Position numbers and translations under genes: made by a program | Part shown: piece by piece, positions 1 to 9,600 of the stretch | Layout: the number at the start of each line of letters is the position of its first letter | Position numbering within the stretch: position 1 is the stretch's first letter | The notes under the pieces: generated by a model | Databases searched by the model: none | What the model saw: only the letters and a program-made list of their open reading frames with translations | Told to the model about the DNA's origin: nothing | NCBI GenBank assembly: GCA_020723325.1 | Contig: DYJD01000003.1 | Location: forward strand, 167,822-231,821 | From: Desulfosudis oleivorans | GTDB lineage: Bacteria; Desulfobacterota; Desulfobacteria; Desulfobacterales; SURF-7 | Direction: 5' to 3' | DNA length: 64,000 bases

Positions 1-668
1 AATGCGGCTTCATTATAATGGTAAGCAGGCGCTATCAAATAAGCCGGCGGTGATGCGGAGTGAACCATGGCATTCAACCCGTTATACCAGTCAACGACAT
101 TGCGTTTTTCGGACAAGGGCCACAGCAGATCCAGAAACAAACCTGCCCTGGTTTTTAAATCCGGGATCTCCATCTTTTCCCGGAATTCCGCCCAGGTATA
201 AAAATGGGGTTCGAATTCATGCGGTTTCCGGTAAATCGGGTGGAGCAGATTCCGGTTGAACATCCACGGCTCGATATTGATCACCGCGAGCGATGCGGAT
301 TCCAGCAGGAAAGGATTTTCCCGGCAGAGGACCAGCGCCTCCCAGAAACTGCCGGAATCCATAGACAGGTTCAGGACACCGGCGGGATCGATATTTCCAA
401 GTTGCGCGAAAAAATCGGAATTGATGCAGGACACAAACCTGGAACTGCCCAGGAAAATGATTTTCGCTTGGCCGGTATGATGATTGCGAAGAAAGGATGA
501 AACCGGTGTTATCATGGAGCGGGGGGCGATGGTCTCCAGATAAACGCGGTTTTTCGAAATCAACAGGCCGATGCAGACCAGCAGGGCCAGGACTAAAAAG
601 AACACCCGGTTCGGCCTGGGAAATTCCGCAAGCGTATCAAAACTGAAAATAGATGAACGGCTGGACAT
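1..668 (-). CDS. hypothetical membrane-anchored protein, 3' end outside window (possible DltD/SGNH-like partner of the upstream MBOAT gene)
   Basis: Absent from the ORF track because it has no stop inside the window. My own minus-strand translation from ATG 668 (alt. GTG 605) reads MSSRSSIFSFDTLAEFPRPNRVFFLVLALLVCIGLLISKNRVYLE...AKIIFLGSSRF...INIEPWMFNRN... and stays open to position 1. It has one N-terminal hydrophobic helix and overlaps the MBOAT stop by 32 nt. Confidence 0.45.
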   Translation of the reverse strand, partial: MSSRSSIFSFDTLAEFPRPNRVFFLVLALLVCIGLLISKNRVYLETIAPRSMITPVSSFLRNHHTGQAKIIFLGSSRFVSCINSDFFAQLGNIDPAGVLNLSMDSGSFWEALVLCRENPFLLESASLAVINIEPWMFNRNLLHPIYRKPHEFEPHFYTWAEFREKMEIPDLKTRAGLFLDLLWPLSEKRNVVDWYNGLNAMVHSASPPAYLIAPAYHYNEAA

Positions 669-2064
669 AACTTTCCCCGATAAAGGATACTATCAGAATC
701 AATATGGTATAAGTCAGACTCTGCCAAACCCAGTGGGTGCTGCTTGTCACGAGCAATTCACGCTCAGCCAGATATTGTGGAAGATCAAGTAAAAAAGTGA
801 ACAGTAGATAAAAGATCGTCACATACAGCAAGGGCGAATTTGGATGTGCCCAATGGGCGGGATTGAATACCCTCAACAAATAAGTACTGGCAGTACGCAA
901 GTCCGGAGACCTGAAAAACACCCAAATGAAACTCGTAATATGAAAGGTGAAAAAAATGCTGATACCGGAAATGGCCGCCGAACTCCATTTCCGGCTGTTT
1001 TCCCGGATCACCATTTTTGTCGAGTCCTTGAATATCCTGTAAGCGGCAAGACAGGCTCCATGCAAGCCCCCCCAGATGACAAAGACCCAAGAGGCCCCAT
1101 GCCACAATCCCCCCAAAAGCATGGTGATCATCAGATTCCGGTACATGTTCCATTTTCCTTGCCGGTTTCCCCCCAGCGGGATATAAAGATAATCCCGCAG
1201 CCATTGGGACAACGAGATATGCCACCGCCGCCAGAACTCCACAATATTTTTAGAGAAATATGGTTGTCTGAAATTGATCACCAGGTCGATGCCCATCAAC
1301 TTGCTGACCCCCCGGGCAATATCGCTGTACCCGGAAAAATCGCCGTAAATCTGAATCGCAAAAAGATAGACGCCGCATAAGAGATCCAGACCCATCTGGC
1401 CGCCGCAGTTCTGGTATAGACTGTTGACAAACGGCGCCACCGCATCCGCGATGGCGATTTTTTTTTACAAAACCGATCAGGATCAGTTGAATACCGGCGC
1501 TGACATCCTCCCGCCTGACGATTCTTTTGGACTGTAACATGGGAAGAAGATGTCCGGCTCTTTCAATGGGACCTGCCAAGAGCAATGGGAAAAAACAGAT
1601 AAACAGCGCAAATGAAATGATATCTTTTATGGCTGTCTGCTTTCCCAGATAAACATCGATGATATAGGCCATGGCCTGAAAGGTATAGAAACTGATGCCT
1701 AAGGGCAGAATGATTTTCAAGGTGGAAGTCAGCGGAGAAAAACCCAGGATTTGGAAAACATCCGAAAGACTGTCGATGAAAAAATGATAATATTTGAAAA
1801 AACCCAGGAAGCCGAGATTGAGGATAATTCCAATGATCAGAAGCGTTTTCTTCTTATTCCCGGCGGCTGTCTGGATTCCAAAGGCAATGACATAGTTGAC
1901 CGTAGTGGCAATGACGATAAGCGATAGGAACCGGTAATCCCAGTACCCGTAAAAAAATAACTCGCAGCAATCAGGAAAATGTTCTGAAACCGTGTACTCA
2001 GCGAGTAATAGACCGGCAGCACAACAGCAAGAAACAAGATGAAAACCCAAGAATTGAACAACAT
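637..2064 (-). pseudogene. MBOAT-family membrane O-acyltransferase (AlgI/DltB-like), reading frame broken twice at homopolymer runs
   Basis: Three consecutive minus-strand ORFs (2064-1837, 2050-1250, 1440-637) together spell one MBOAT protein. N-terminus: MLFNSWVFILFLAVVLPVYY. Middle: YGYWDYRFLSLI...ISFYTFQAMAYIIDVY...LLAGPIERA. C-terminus: FWRRWHISLSQWLRDYLYIPLGGNR...LLGGLWHGASW. The frame switches map to the A7 run at 1951-1957 and the T9 run at 1458-1466 (plus-strand numbering). Confidence 0.8.
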
Positions 2065-2201
2065 CTAAAGGAGGTTCCCCGCGAAAAAATATTTTCTATA
2101 GTGTTAAGCGCTTGATGCCGCTTTTCAGTTGTGAAACGTTGAAGTTTACCAACAACCGCTTTAATATCGGCAAGTTTCATGTATGTCAACAACTGATGGA
2201 G

Positions 2202-2281
2202 GGCCGTGATCACCGTTGCGGCGGCCCTTCATTGTGGGAGCGGCTTCCAGCCGCGATAAGGCCGGAACAATAATCAAGGCC
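2202..2281 (+). repeat. family-2 intergenic palindromic element, copy 1 (core TGTGGGAGCGGCTTCCAGCCGCGAT flanked by imperfect ~21-nt inverted arms)
   Basis: ggccgtgatcaccgttgcggc...cattgtgggagcggcttccagccgcgataaggccggaacaataatcaaggcc. The core holds a GCGGC-TTCCA-GCCGC hairpin. The same element recurs at 28064, 59966 and 63326. Confidence 0.8.
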
Positions 2282-2290
2282 TGATGGTGT

Positions 2291-3676
2291 TTATCCGACA
2301 ACCTTGGAGCGTTCGATCTCGTTTTTCATTTGGCGCAGCCTTTTGGCCTTTACTACTACGGCTTCCAGTACTTGCTGGTGTTTGGGGGTTATCCAGGGGC
2401 CTTCGACTTCGATATCGGCATAGGGAAAGTCGCTTTTGGCCGAAAGGGTCTGCAAGATGGTCCGGGCCTGAATGGAGGGTTGGCAGTTGAATATGCTTAA
2501 ATGCACCAGGCCGTCAAAGCCGCCCGACTCTACAGAGCATAGAAAACGGCCGACGGTTTCGGTGGCTTCATGATACAGGACACAGGAAGTAAATTTATCC
2601 CCTGCTTTTAGAAGGTGGAGATGGGGAATATGTGCATCGTAACAAAGTCCGGATTTTTTGGCGATGTTTCGAAAATAGATGCTGAGTATGTCCGCCAGCA
2701 GGATGGTCACCCGGGAGACCACCGCCTCATAAGCATCCTTGAAGGGCCGCTTGGGGTTCAGGAACGAGCGCAACAGGGGCCAGATATTGAAGATGCTCAA
2801 GCGATTCCCCCCCAGTCTAAAGCCGAAACGGTTGACAAAGGCGGATTCCATATGCAGGACAAATTCACTCATGTTGACTACCTTGGGAATAATATCGTAC
2901 TGAAGGAAATAATCGATGGGCGGTTGATGGATCACCGCTGAGCTGCCGCTGCCGAAAATAAGTACCCTGGGTGTTTCCGCCACGTTTTTTTTCAGGGGGA
3001 TCCGGGCGACATTTTTTGCCCAGGCTGTTAACGCAAAAGGCAACACGATGAGGCCGCGGCGGGCTCTTTGGATGAACTTATCAGTCTCGGCCTTGAACGC
3101 GGGCATGGCTGTTTCCGCGTTTTCGGCAACCACTTTCAAACAGTTTTCCGCTTCTTCCAACAGGTCTCCCAGGATGATGGTGGTTAGAATCTGAATGCCG
3201 AAAAGGGTGCCCTGGCCCATGAAATTGTTATACAGGCTGGGATGACCCGGGAATACGGCGTTGCGCAATTTCAGGCGTCTGGCAAAAACTTCGCTGACCA
3301 GGGGCCAGGCGCCGCTTTGACAGGGGCCGCCCTCTTCCAAGCCGTAATACACGCTGATCTCATCCGGGCCGCGGTTTTCAACAATGTCTTTGTAGGTGCC
3401 GCCGATGATGGTATTGAAAGACAGGCATTCCCGGCCGGAGCAGAGTTTTTTGGCGTACTGCAGCACCTCTGAGTTCAATTTATGGGGCTGCATTCTGGTT
3501 TTCCATCCGCGTTTTTGTAAAAAGCTGTCGATCAATCCCATGGTGGGGGTGATGATGTTGTAGGGAAAGACATGGACCACCCGGGGATCGTTGAACTTCA
3601 CCCGCTTGCCGTCACAATCGATGATGTATTTATAATTCTTGCTTACCTGGGCCAGTTGAAAAGTTTCCGTGCTCAT
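2291..3676 (-). CDS. acyl-CoA dehydratase-related protein (2-hydroxyacyl-CoA dehydratase D-component-like half of the activase-associated module)
   Basis: 461-aa ORF whose ATG overlaps the stop of the upstream activase fusion (ATGA, 3673-3676). The sequence (…AKKLCSGRECLSFNTIIGGTYKDIV…, …GPCQSGAWP…) is of the kind found C-terminally fused to CoA-enzyme activases in Firmicutes. The family assignment is from memory, not from a search. Confidence 0.5.
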   Translation of the reverse strand: MSTETFQLAQVSKNYKYIIDCDGKRVKFNDPRVVHVFPYNIITPTMGLIDSFLQKRGWKTRMQPHKLNSEVLQYAKKLCSGRECLSFNTIIGGTYKDIVENRGPDEISVYYGLEEGGPCQSGAWPLVSEVFARRLKLRNAVFPGHPSLYNNFMGQGTLFGIQILTTIILGDLLEEAENCLKVVAENAETAMPAFKAETDKFIQRARRGLIVLPFALTAWAKNVARIPLKKNVAETPRVLIFGSGSSAVIHQPPIDYFLQYDIIPKVVNMSEFVLHMESAFVNRFGFRLGGNRLSIFNIWPLLRSFLNPKRPFKDAYEAVVSRVTILLADILSIYFRNIAKKSGLCYDAHIPHLHLLKAGDKFTSCVLYHEATETVGRFLCSVESGGFDGLVHLSIFNCQPSIQARTILQTLSAKSDFPYADIEVEGPWITPKHQQVLEAVVVKAKRLRQMKNEIERSKVVG

Positions 3677-6645
3677 GATGCGATTCTTTCTTCATAGGGT
3701 TTGGCTGTGTTGCGGTTTTGTTCGGCGATGATATCCAGGAAAGCGCCGATGCGGGTCTCAAAGCCGGCGTGGGCCGTGTGGGCATCGATTTCCAGATAGC
3801 AGAAGGTTTCTCCGGCAAGTTCCTCGCGGAATTGATGATACATGATGCCGTCCGGCACACAGGAAAAGCAGGACATCATGCACAGGTACAATCGGGGATA
3901 CTCCTTGATATAAGCCAAGGCGTTGGTGACCTGCTGGGTAAAATACCAAACATTTCTAGAGTGGGTTGTTCCATTGAGATTGCGCTGGGGCAGCATGTCC
4001 AGCGGAATGACGTTGTAACCCCGGCTGGTGATTTTGCGCGGCAAGGCCAGATTGGCTTCGGCCGAGCAGATGATGTAGGGTTTGGCCGCAATGACCACCG
4101 TGGGCTCATGGCGCATTTTGGCCAGCATGGCGCGGCCGAAGGCCTGGTAGCGCGTCTGAAAAATCCCGTAATATTCAAGGGCTTTTTGGGCGGCCCGAAT
4201 GCCTTCCTTGGTTTTTAACCCCAGCTTTTGGGCCAGGCGCCCGATTTCGTTGATCAGCCCCTTGATTTTGGCAGCGGAAAAGGCCATGTGGGGTGTGAGC
4301 AATTTAATGCTCAGGCCTTCAAAGGCATCGGCAAAGGCCTGACCGATGAGTTCCGGAACAATACCGGCATTGGCGCAGAAATAGCTGTTTTCAAAGGCGC
4401 TGGGATTGGCCCCGTCCAGAATGAAGGGCATGAATACGTGGTCCACACCACGCTGCAATAAGTCATACACGGCGCCATGGGCCATTTCACAGGGGTAGCA
4501 AATATCGCCGCCGGTCTTGAGATTGCCTGGCTTGGAAGGCTTGGACAACACCACATCATAACCCAATTCGGTGATCAGCCGGGCGTAAAACGGAAAAAAC
4601 TCGAAGGTGGACAAGACCATGGGTATGCCGATGGTGCCCCGGGGGTTTTTCACCGGTTCCGGCCCGAATTCTTCAAACATGATCTTGTTCCTGGCGGCGA
4701 TCATGTCCGTACCTTCAACCAGGTCGTCTTGGCGATGGCGGCTGAGCTCATATTTCGAGCACAACCCGCCGAAGGGATAGGTTTTTTCCCGGATGCTGAT
4801 GCGTTTGATTTCACATTTGTTTTCACAAGTTTTACAAGCGAAGGTGCCCTTGACTTCCATGGCGCCTTTTACCAGATTCTCCAGGCGATAATGGATTTCC
4901 GGCACATCCCCGTTCCGCAGCAGATCCCGTGTGAGCAGACCGTTGCCGATACAGCCCATGAGTTCCGGATGGCCGGGGACCACGATGCGGCGTCGGGTCA
5001 GGGCCGCCATGGCCAGGGCCACCGAGCGGTTCAACGCCACCCCGCCCTGAAAGAGCAGATTTTCGCCCACGGAGCGGGTGCCGACGATGCGGGAGATGTA
5101 GTTCATGGCAATGGAATAGACCAGGCCGGCCACCACATCCTCCGGTAGTGCCCCTTGTTGCAGCGCGTTTCTCAGGTCCGTATTGATGAAGGCCGCGCAA
5201 CGTTCGCCAAAGGAAATGGGTTCCCGGGCCGATTCTGCCGCGGCACTGATGGCGGTCACCGGAATACCCATATCCACGCTCACCGATTCTTCCAGGAAAC
5301 TGCCGGTTCCGGCTGAACAGCCCTCGTTCATGGCATAATCCACCGGCACGCCTTTTAAGAAAGAAATGAATTTGGAGTCCTGCCCGCCGATTTCAAAGAC
5401 CGTATCCACTTCCGGGACTTCCTCGGCCGCGGCCCGGCCGTGGGCCAATATCTCGTTGAAGCTTAAACAATTATCCAGATAAACCGAAACCAGTTCGCGG
5501 CCGGAACCGGTTACCGCCGCCTGGATGATCCGGATGGGCTGGTCACCCACCTGTTGGATCAATTCCTGCAAACATTTTTTGGTGGCCAAAACAGGATTGC
5601 CGTGGGTTCGTAAATAGCAACCGGCGCCGATGCCGCCTGCGGCCACATCAAACAATACCGCCTTGGTGGTGGTGGAGCCGGCATCCACGCCCAGAATATA
5701 GCGCCGGTTGCCTTCGATCCGCATTCGGTCACCGGGTTGCACGCGATAATCCAGCAGGGCCTCTGCTGTTGAAAGGGGCGGCAAAACATCAAAGGCGCTT
5801 CTGTGGATATTGAAACTGGTGCCTGCTTTCCGTCCGGCAGAGGGTTCGGCGTTTTCAGCAGCGTGCAGATAGGCGCCGAAGGCTTCCAGGCAATGGCTTT
5901 CATCCAAAATGATCAGCCTGGAATGGTTGAGCTGCCGGCTTAATATTTCCACAAAGGGTTCATTCAAGGTCAGCCCGCCGGCCAGGACAATGGTGTTCAG
6001 GGGCCAGCGCGCGAGTTCGAGCATTTTACAGATTTTTTGGCTCAAATCCACAATCAGGGATTTGGCGATGTCGGCCGGCGTGCATTCGCCTTTATTCAGC
6101 TTATGGGTGGCATCCGACTTGCAGTACACCGAGCAGCGCGCGGCCAGGGGAACAAGGTTGCCCTTTTTACTGGCCTCGATTCCTTCCGCAAGGGTAAAGT
6201 TCATGCGCTGGAGTTGCTGGACCACGAATTCACCGGTGCCGGCCGCGCATTTGGAAGAGGAAATGACATTCCTGATTTGTCCGTCTTTTACGGTGAGGAC
6301 GGTGAATGTTTCGCCCCCCAGGGACAAGACGATATCCGGTTTGAGATGATAATGGGCCAGGGCTTTTTCAATGCATTCGGTTTCCGGTATATACGGCAGG
6401 CTCAGCATGTTTTTGGCGGACTGGCCGGTGACCATGATCCGGGCCCCTTGGGCGGCAGCCAGCTCGCTGAAGATCTCCTGGAGCTTCTTTGAAGGATTGC
6501 CCTCGTGGCGGATGACTTGTTTTTCCAGGGTTGCATGGCCGCCGCCCCGGACGCGCTTGACCGATACGGCGCCGATTTCAATGCCTTCATACCAGGCCGC
6601 GCTGTTTTCATTCTTGATGAGCGTTACGTTATTCATTTTAATCAA
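3673..6645 (-). CDS. CoA-substrate-specific enzyme activase fusion: two BcrA/BadF/HgdC-type ATPase domains plus C-terminal activase-associated (DUF2229-like) domain
   Basis: 990 aa. The second ATPase domain has a canonical YILGVDAGSTTTKAV phosphate loop. Both domains carry the cluster-ligand motifs of HgdC-type activators: SKCAAGTGEF + ARCSVYC, and EGCSAGTGSF + ERCAAF. The C-terminal part begins TFACKTCENKCEIKRI and contains IGIPMVLSTFEFFPFYARLITELGYDVVLS and GGDICYPCEMAHG. The start is TTG 6645 or ATG 6636, only 26-35 nt after the PKS stop. Confidence 0.8.
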   Translation of the reverse strand: MIKMNNVTLIKNENSAAWYEGIEIGAVSVKRVRGGGHATLEKQVIRHEGNPSKKLQEIFSELAAAQGARIMVTGQSAKNMLSLPYIPETECIEKALAHYHLKPDIVLSLGGETFTVLTVKDGQIRNVISSSKCAAGTGEFVVQQLQRMNFTLAEGIEASKKGNLVPLAARCSVYCKSDATHKLNKGECTPADIAKSLIVDLSQKICKMLELARWPLNTIVLAGGLTLNEPFVEILSRQLNHSRLIILDESHCLEAFGAYLHAAENAEPSAGRKAGTSFNIHRSAFDVLPPLSTAEALLDYRVQPGDRMRIEGNRRYILGVDAGSTTTKAVLFDVAAGGIGAGCYLRTHGNPVLATKKCLQELIQQVGDQPIRIIQAAVTGSGRELVSVYLDNCLSFNEILAHGRAAAEEVPEVDTVFEIGGQDSKFISFLKGVPVDYAMNEGCSAGTGSFLEESVSVDMGIPVTAISAAAESAREPISFGERCAAFINTDLRNALQQGALPEDVVAGLVYSIAMNYISRIVGTRSVGENLLFQGGVALNRSVALAMAALTRRRIVVPGHPELMGCIGNGLLTRDLLRNGDVPEIHYRLENLVKGAMEVKGTFACKTCENKCEIKRISIREKTYPFGGLCSKYELSRHRQDDLVEGTDMIAARNKIMFEEFGPEPVKNPRGTIGIPMVLSTFEFFPFYARLITELGYDVVLSKPSKPGNLKTGGDICYPCEMAHGAVYDLLQRGVDHVFMPFILDGANPSAFENSYFCANAGIVPELIGQAFADAFEGLSIKLLTPHMAFSAAKIKGLINEIGRLAQKLGLKTKEGIRAAQKALEYYGIFQTRYQAFGRAMLAKMRHEPTVVIAAKPYIICSAEANLALPRKITSRGYNVIPLDMLPQRNLNGTTHSRNVWYFTQQVTNALAYIKEYPRLYLCMMSCFSCVPDGIMYHQFREELAGETFCYLEIDAHTAHAGFETRIGAFLDIIAEQNRNTAKPYEERIAS
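3691..4848 (-). other. activase-associated C-terminal domain (DUF2229-like)
   Basis: aa ~600-985. Contains a C-x2-C-x3-C motif (CKTCENKC) followed by conserved IGIP...FFPFY...LGY.VVLS...CYPC blocks. Confidence 0.55.
4921..5700 (-). other. activase ATPase domain 2 (BcrAD/BadFG-like, canonical)
   Basis: aa ~316-575, with LGVDAGSTTTKAVLFD, EIGGQDSKFI, NEGCSAGTGSFLE, GERCAAFINTD and LFQGGVALN. Confidence 0.75.
5860..6588 (-). other. activase ATPase domain 1 (BcrAD/BadFG-like, degenerate phosphate-1 motif)
   Basis: aa ~20-262. GIEIGAVSVK replaces the usual G-x-D-x-G-S-T-x-x-K. The Cys motifs SKCAAGTGEF and ARCSVYCKSD are retained. Confidence 0.6.
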
Positions 6646-6671
6646 CCGTCTTTATGAGTTTCAATTGCATA

Positions 6672-9600
6672 TTATTTCCCCATGGAAGCAAGCCGGGGAA
6701 TCCATTTGCCATCCAACGCCGCTGATATTTTTTGCGAGACAGACCCCGGCCGCGGCCGGCCCGGCAGTTTTCCCCTGGTCGTCATTTTCTTGATGTATTC
6801 GTACTTCATCTTGTTCACCAATTTTTCTTTGGGCGTGTTCTTCTGGATATAATTCACGGCCAGGCAATATTTCATATAGGTTTCCATCAAGGCTTGATTG
6901 ATGCGCGGGCAACGGATGCCCGCCTGCTCAAGGATTGCGGCTGTATAGGTGGCGTCGGCATAGGTGCTTTCATTATGGGGCATCATGGCCGGATTGAATT
7001 GCAGCAGATCCGCGGTCAGGGAATCATATTTGCGGATGTAATCCAGGGAGGCTTTGAATTCGTCAATTTCCAGATAGTTCAACCCGAAACCGCAACCTGC
7101 CAGCAGGTCCATGATTTCCTTGAATGTTTTAGGATGGGGATTATTCAAATGATAGGTCGCGAACACGGTTTTTAATTGGGTGGAAAGGTACACCAGGCTC
7201 TGCCCCACATAGTCGCTGGGGGCGATATCAAAAAATTGGATGGCATTGACGGCGATCTGGTTTTTTACCACGGTTTTAAAAATGTCATAAAAGATCCCTG
7301 GTACTTGGGATTTGCCCAGGGGATAGGTTCCCAGGCGGCTGTCCCCCATGATATTGCCGGGCCTGGCGATGATCCAGCGTAGACCGTGGCCGTGGGCCAG
7401 GCGCACCAGCTTTTCGGCTTCGTATTTGGAACGCGCATAACCGAGATTCTCAAAGCCCTGGCCCACCTGGAAATCCTTTTCCGTATAGGGCCTGGATGCC
7501 GTGAACTGCCGGTCCCCCATGACCACATAGGAGGAAACAAAGACAAAATAGCGTTGGGCGGTGTTTAAGCAGAAATCGATCATGTGCCGGGTGCCGTCCA
7601 CATTGACGACTTTCAACTCCCGGTAGTTCCCGTGCAAGCTGGTTTTGGCGGCACTGTGGATCACCATGTCAACGGATTGAGCCAATTGATGGTATTCCTT
7701 TGCGCTCATTTTCAGATCCGGCTGGATCACGTCACCGACAACCGGGATCACCCGTTGTTCAAACTGTTCGCTCAGCCGCTGGTTCGGGCTATAGATCTGC
7801 AACATCGCGCGGATGCGTTTTTTAGCGTGTTCACGATCCTGGGCTCTGACCAGGCAATAAATCGTGCTATCCGTGTTTTCCAGGAAATCCTTTACCAGCC
7901 TCCCGCCCAGCACACCCGTGGCCCCGGTCAGAAGAATCCGCCGGGTTTGCAGTTCCTTGGCCTGGTGAACAGCGGGAGGGAACAGGTCCGCCTGGTTTGC
8001 TAAAGTGATGGGAATTTCCGGTTGCTCCAAGAATCCGAATTTGTCAGCGGCCGGGTGATCATCATCCGAATCAGCACTCCTTGTTGCGGAATCCGGCTTG
8101 TTTGGCGGGGATGCTTTTTGGGCATCGATGCGCCGGGCCAGCTCCTCCATGCTGGAAGTTTGGATGGATTCGAGGGCCAGCTTGATTCCAAAGGCTTTTT
8201 CAATTTCATTGGCCAGGCGCATGCTGGTGATGGAATCCAAACCATAATCCGCCAAGGCCGTGTCCAAACGGAGGCTGGCTTTATTGATCTTTAACAGGCT
8301 GGAAACTTTTTCCACCAGCAGTGGAACTGTCCGTGATTCAGCCCAAGCGGTTTTCTCAAACCGGATTTCCGGTTGGCGGGCAGGCACGGTTTTGGGAACC
8401 GGCTCCATTCGACTTGGGGCCTGGTCAATGCTTTCAACAGTTATCCAGCAGCGCTCCTTGGCAAAGGGGTAGGCCGGGGCGGAAATCCGGCGCGGCCGCA
8501 GGCCCGGATACAGCAAGTGCCAGTTGATATCCAGGCCGGAAACCCATAGTTTGGCCAGTTTTTGAAATTTTTTGCTGTGGATGATGCTATTGAGAAAGGA
8601 AAGGCCCTCTTCACCATCCAGCAGAAGATCCAGGTCGGTTCCTACACCGCCGTCGCTGTTGATCCAAACCTGCTCAATGTTATGCTCCCCCAGGCAATAG
8701 GCATTCAGCTTGCCGGCCAGATCATCCCAGCCGGAGACGAGCAGGGCGAGTCTTGCCGGCATGGCTTCGCGGCCCACTTGGAAAGTATAGCAAAAATTCG
8801 TCAGGGTTAAGCCTGCGGGCATTATCATGTGAGTTGCAGAGGCAGTCACCCCTTGGGCGGTTTGTTTCATCAAACCATGGTCTTTGAAGAAGTCCAGGAT
8901 GGTTTCCGCATAAGCTTTCAGCCGCTCGGAATTCCTGGCCGAAAGCACGAAGATCCAGGTGCCCAAGGCCGGGTCGGCCTGCTGGACATCATCCCCGGTT
9001 TCAAATTCCTCCACGATCAGGTGGGAATTGGAGCCGCCGGCACCAAAGGAGCTGATGCCCGCGCGCCGGGGGCCGGCGGCATTTTGGCCGTTTTGGGAAA
9101 TCAGCGGCTTTTTCCAGTCCGATAGTTCCGCCTGAAGGTGGAAGGGCGAATTTTTAAAATCGATAAGGGGGTTGACGATCTCGGCATGGAGGGAAGGAAC
9201 CAGTTTTTTGTGCTTCATCTGCAGGATGACTTTGGTCAAGGCCGCCATGCCGGCCGCGGATTCCAGGTGGCCGATATTGGATTTAACCGAGCCGATGGAA
9301 CAATAGCGCTGCCGGCGGCCATCACTATCCTGGGACGGCATGCCTTGTTCAAAGGCGCTGATCAAACCGGCGATTTCGATGGGGTCGCCCAGCGCTGTTC
9401 CGGTGCCGTGGGCTTCCAGGCAACTGATGGTGCGCGGGTCGACATTGGCGCGCTTGAAGGCGTTCAGGATCACCCGGCTTTGGGCCTTGGGATTGGGCAC
9501 TGTGTATCCATTGGTTCTGCCGCCGTGGTTCACGGCGGTGCCTTTGATCACGGCCTGGATGTTGTCGCCGTCGGCTATGGCCCGGCCAAGGGGTTTCAGC

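Noticed and set aside
1998-2213. 71-aa ORF upstream of and overlapping the MBOAT start, considered as a DltC-like carrier protein
   Set aside because: It has no DSL/phosphopantetheine-type motif. Its second half is simply the out-of-frame MBOAT N-terminus, and no SD is present.
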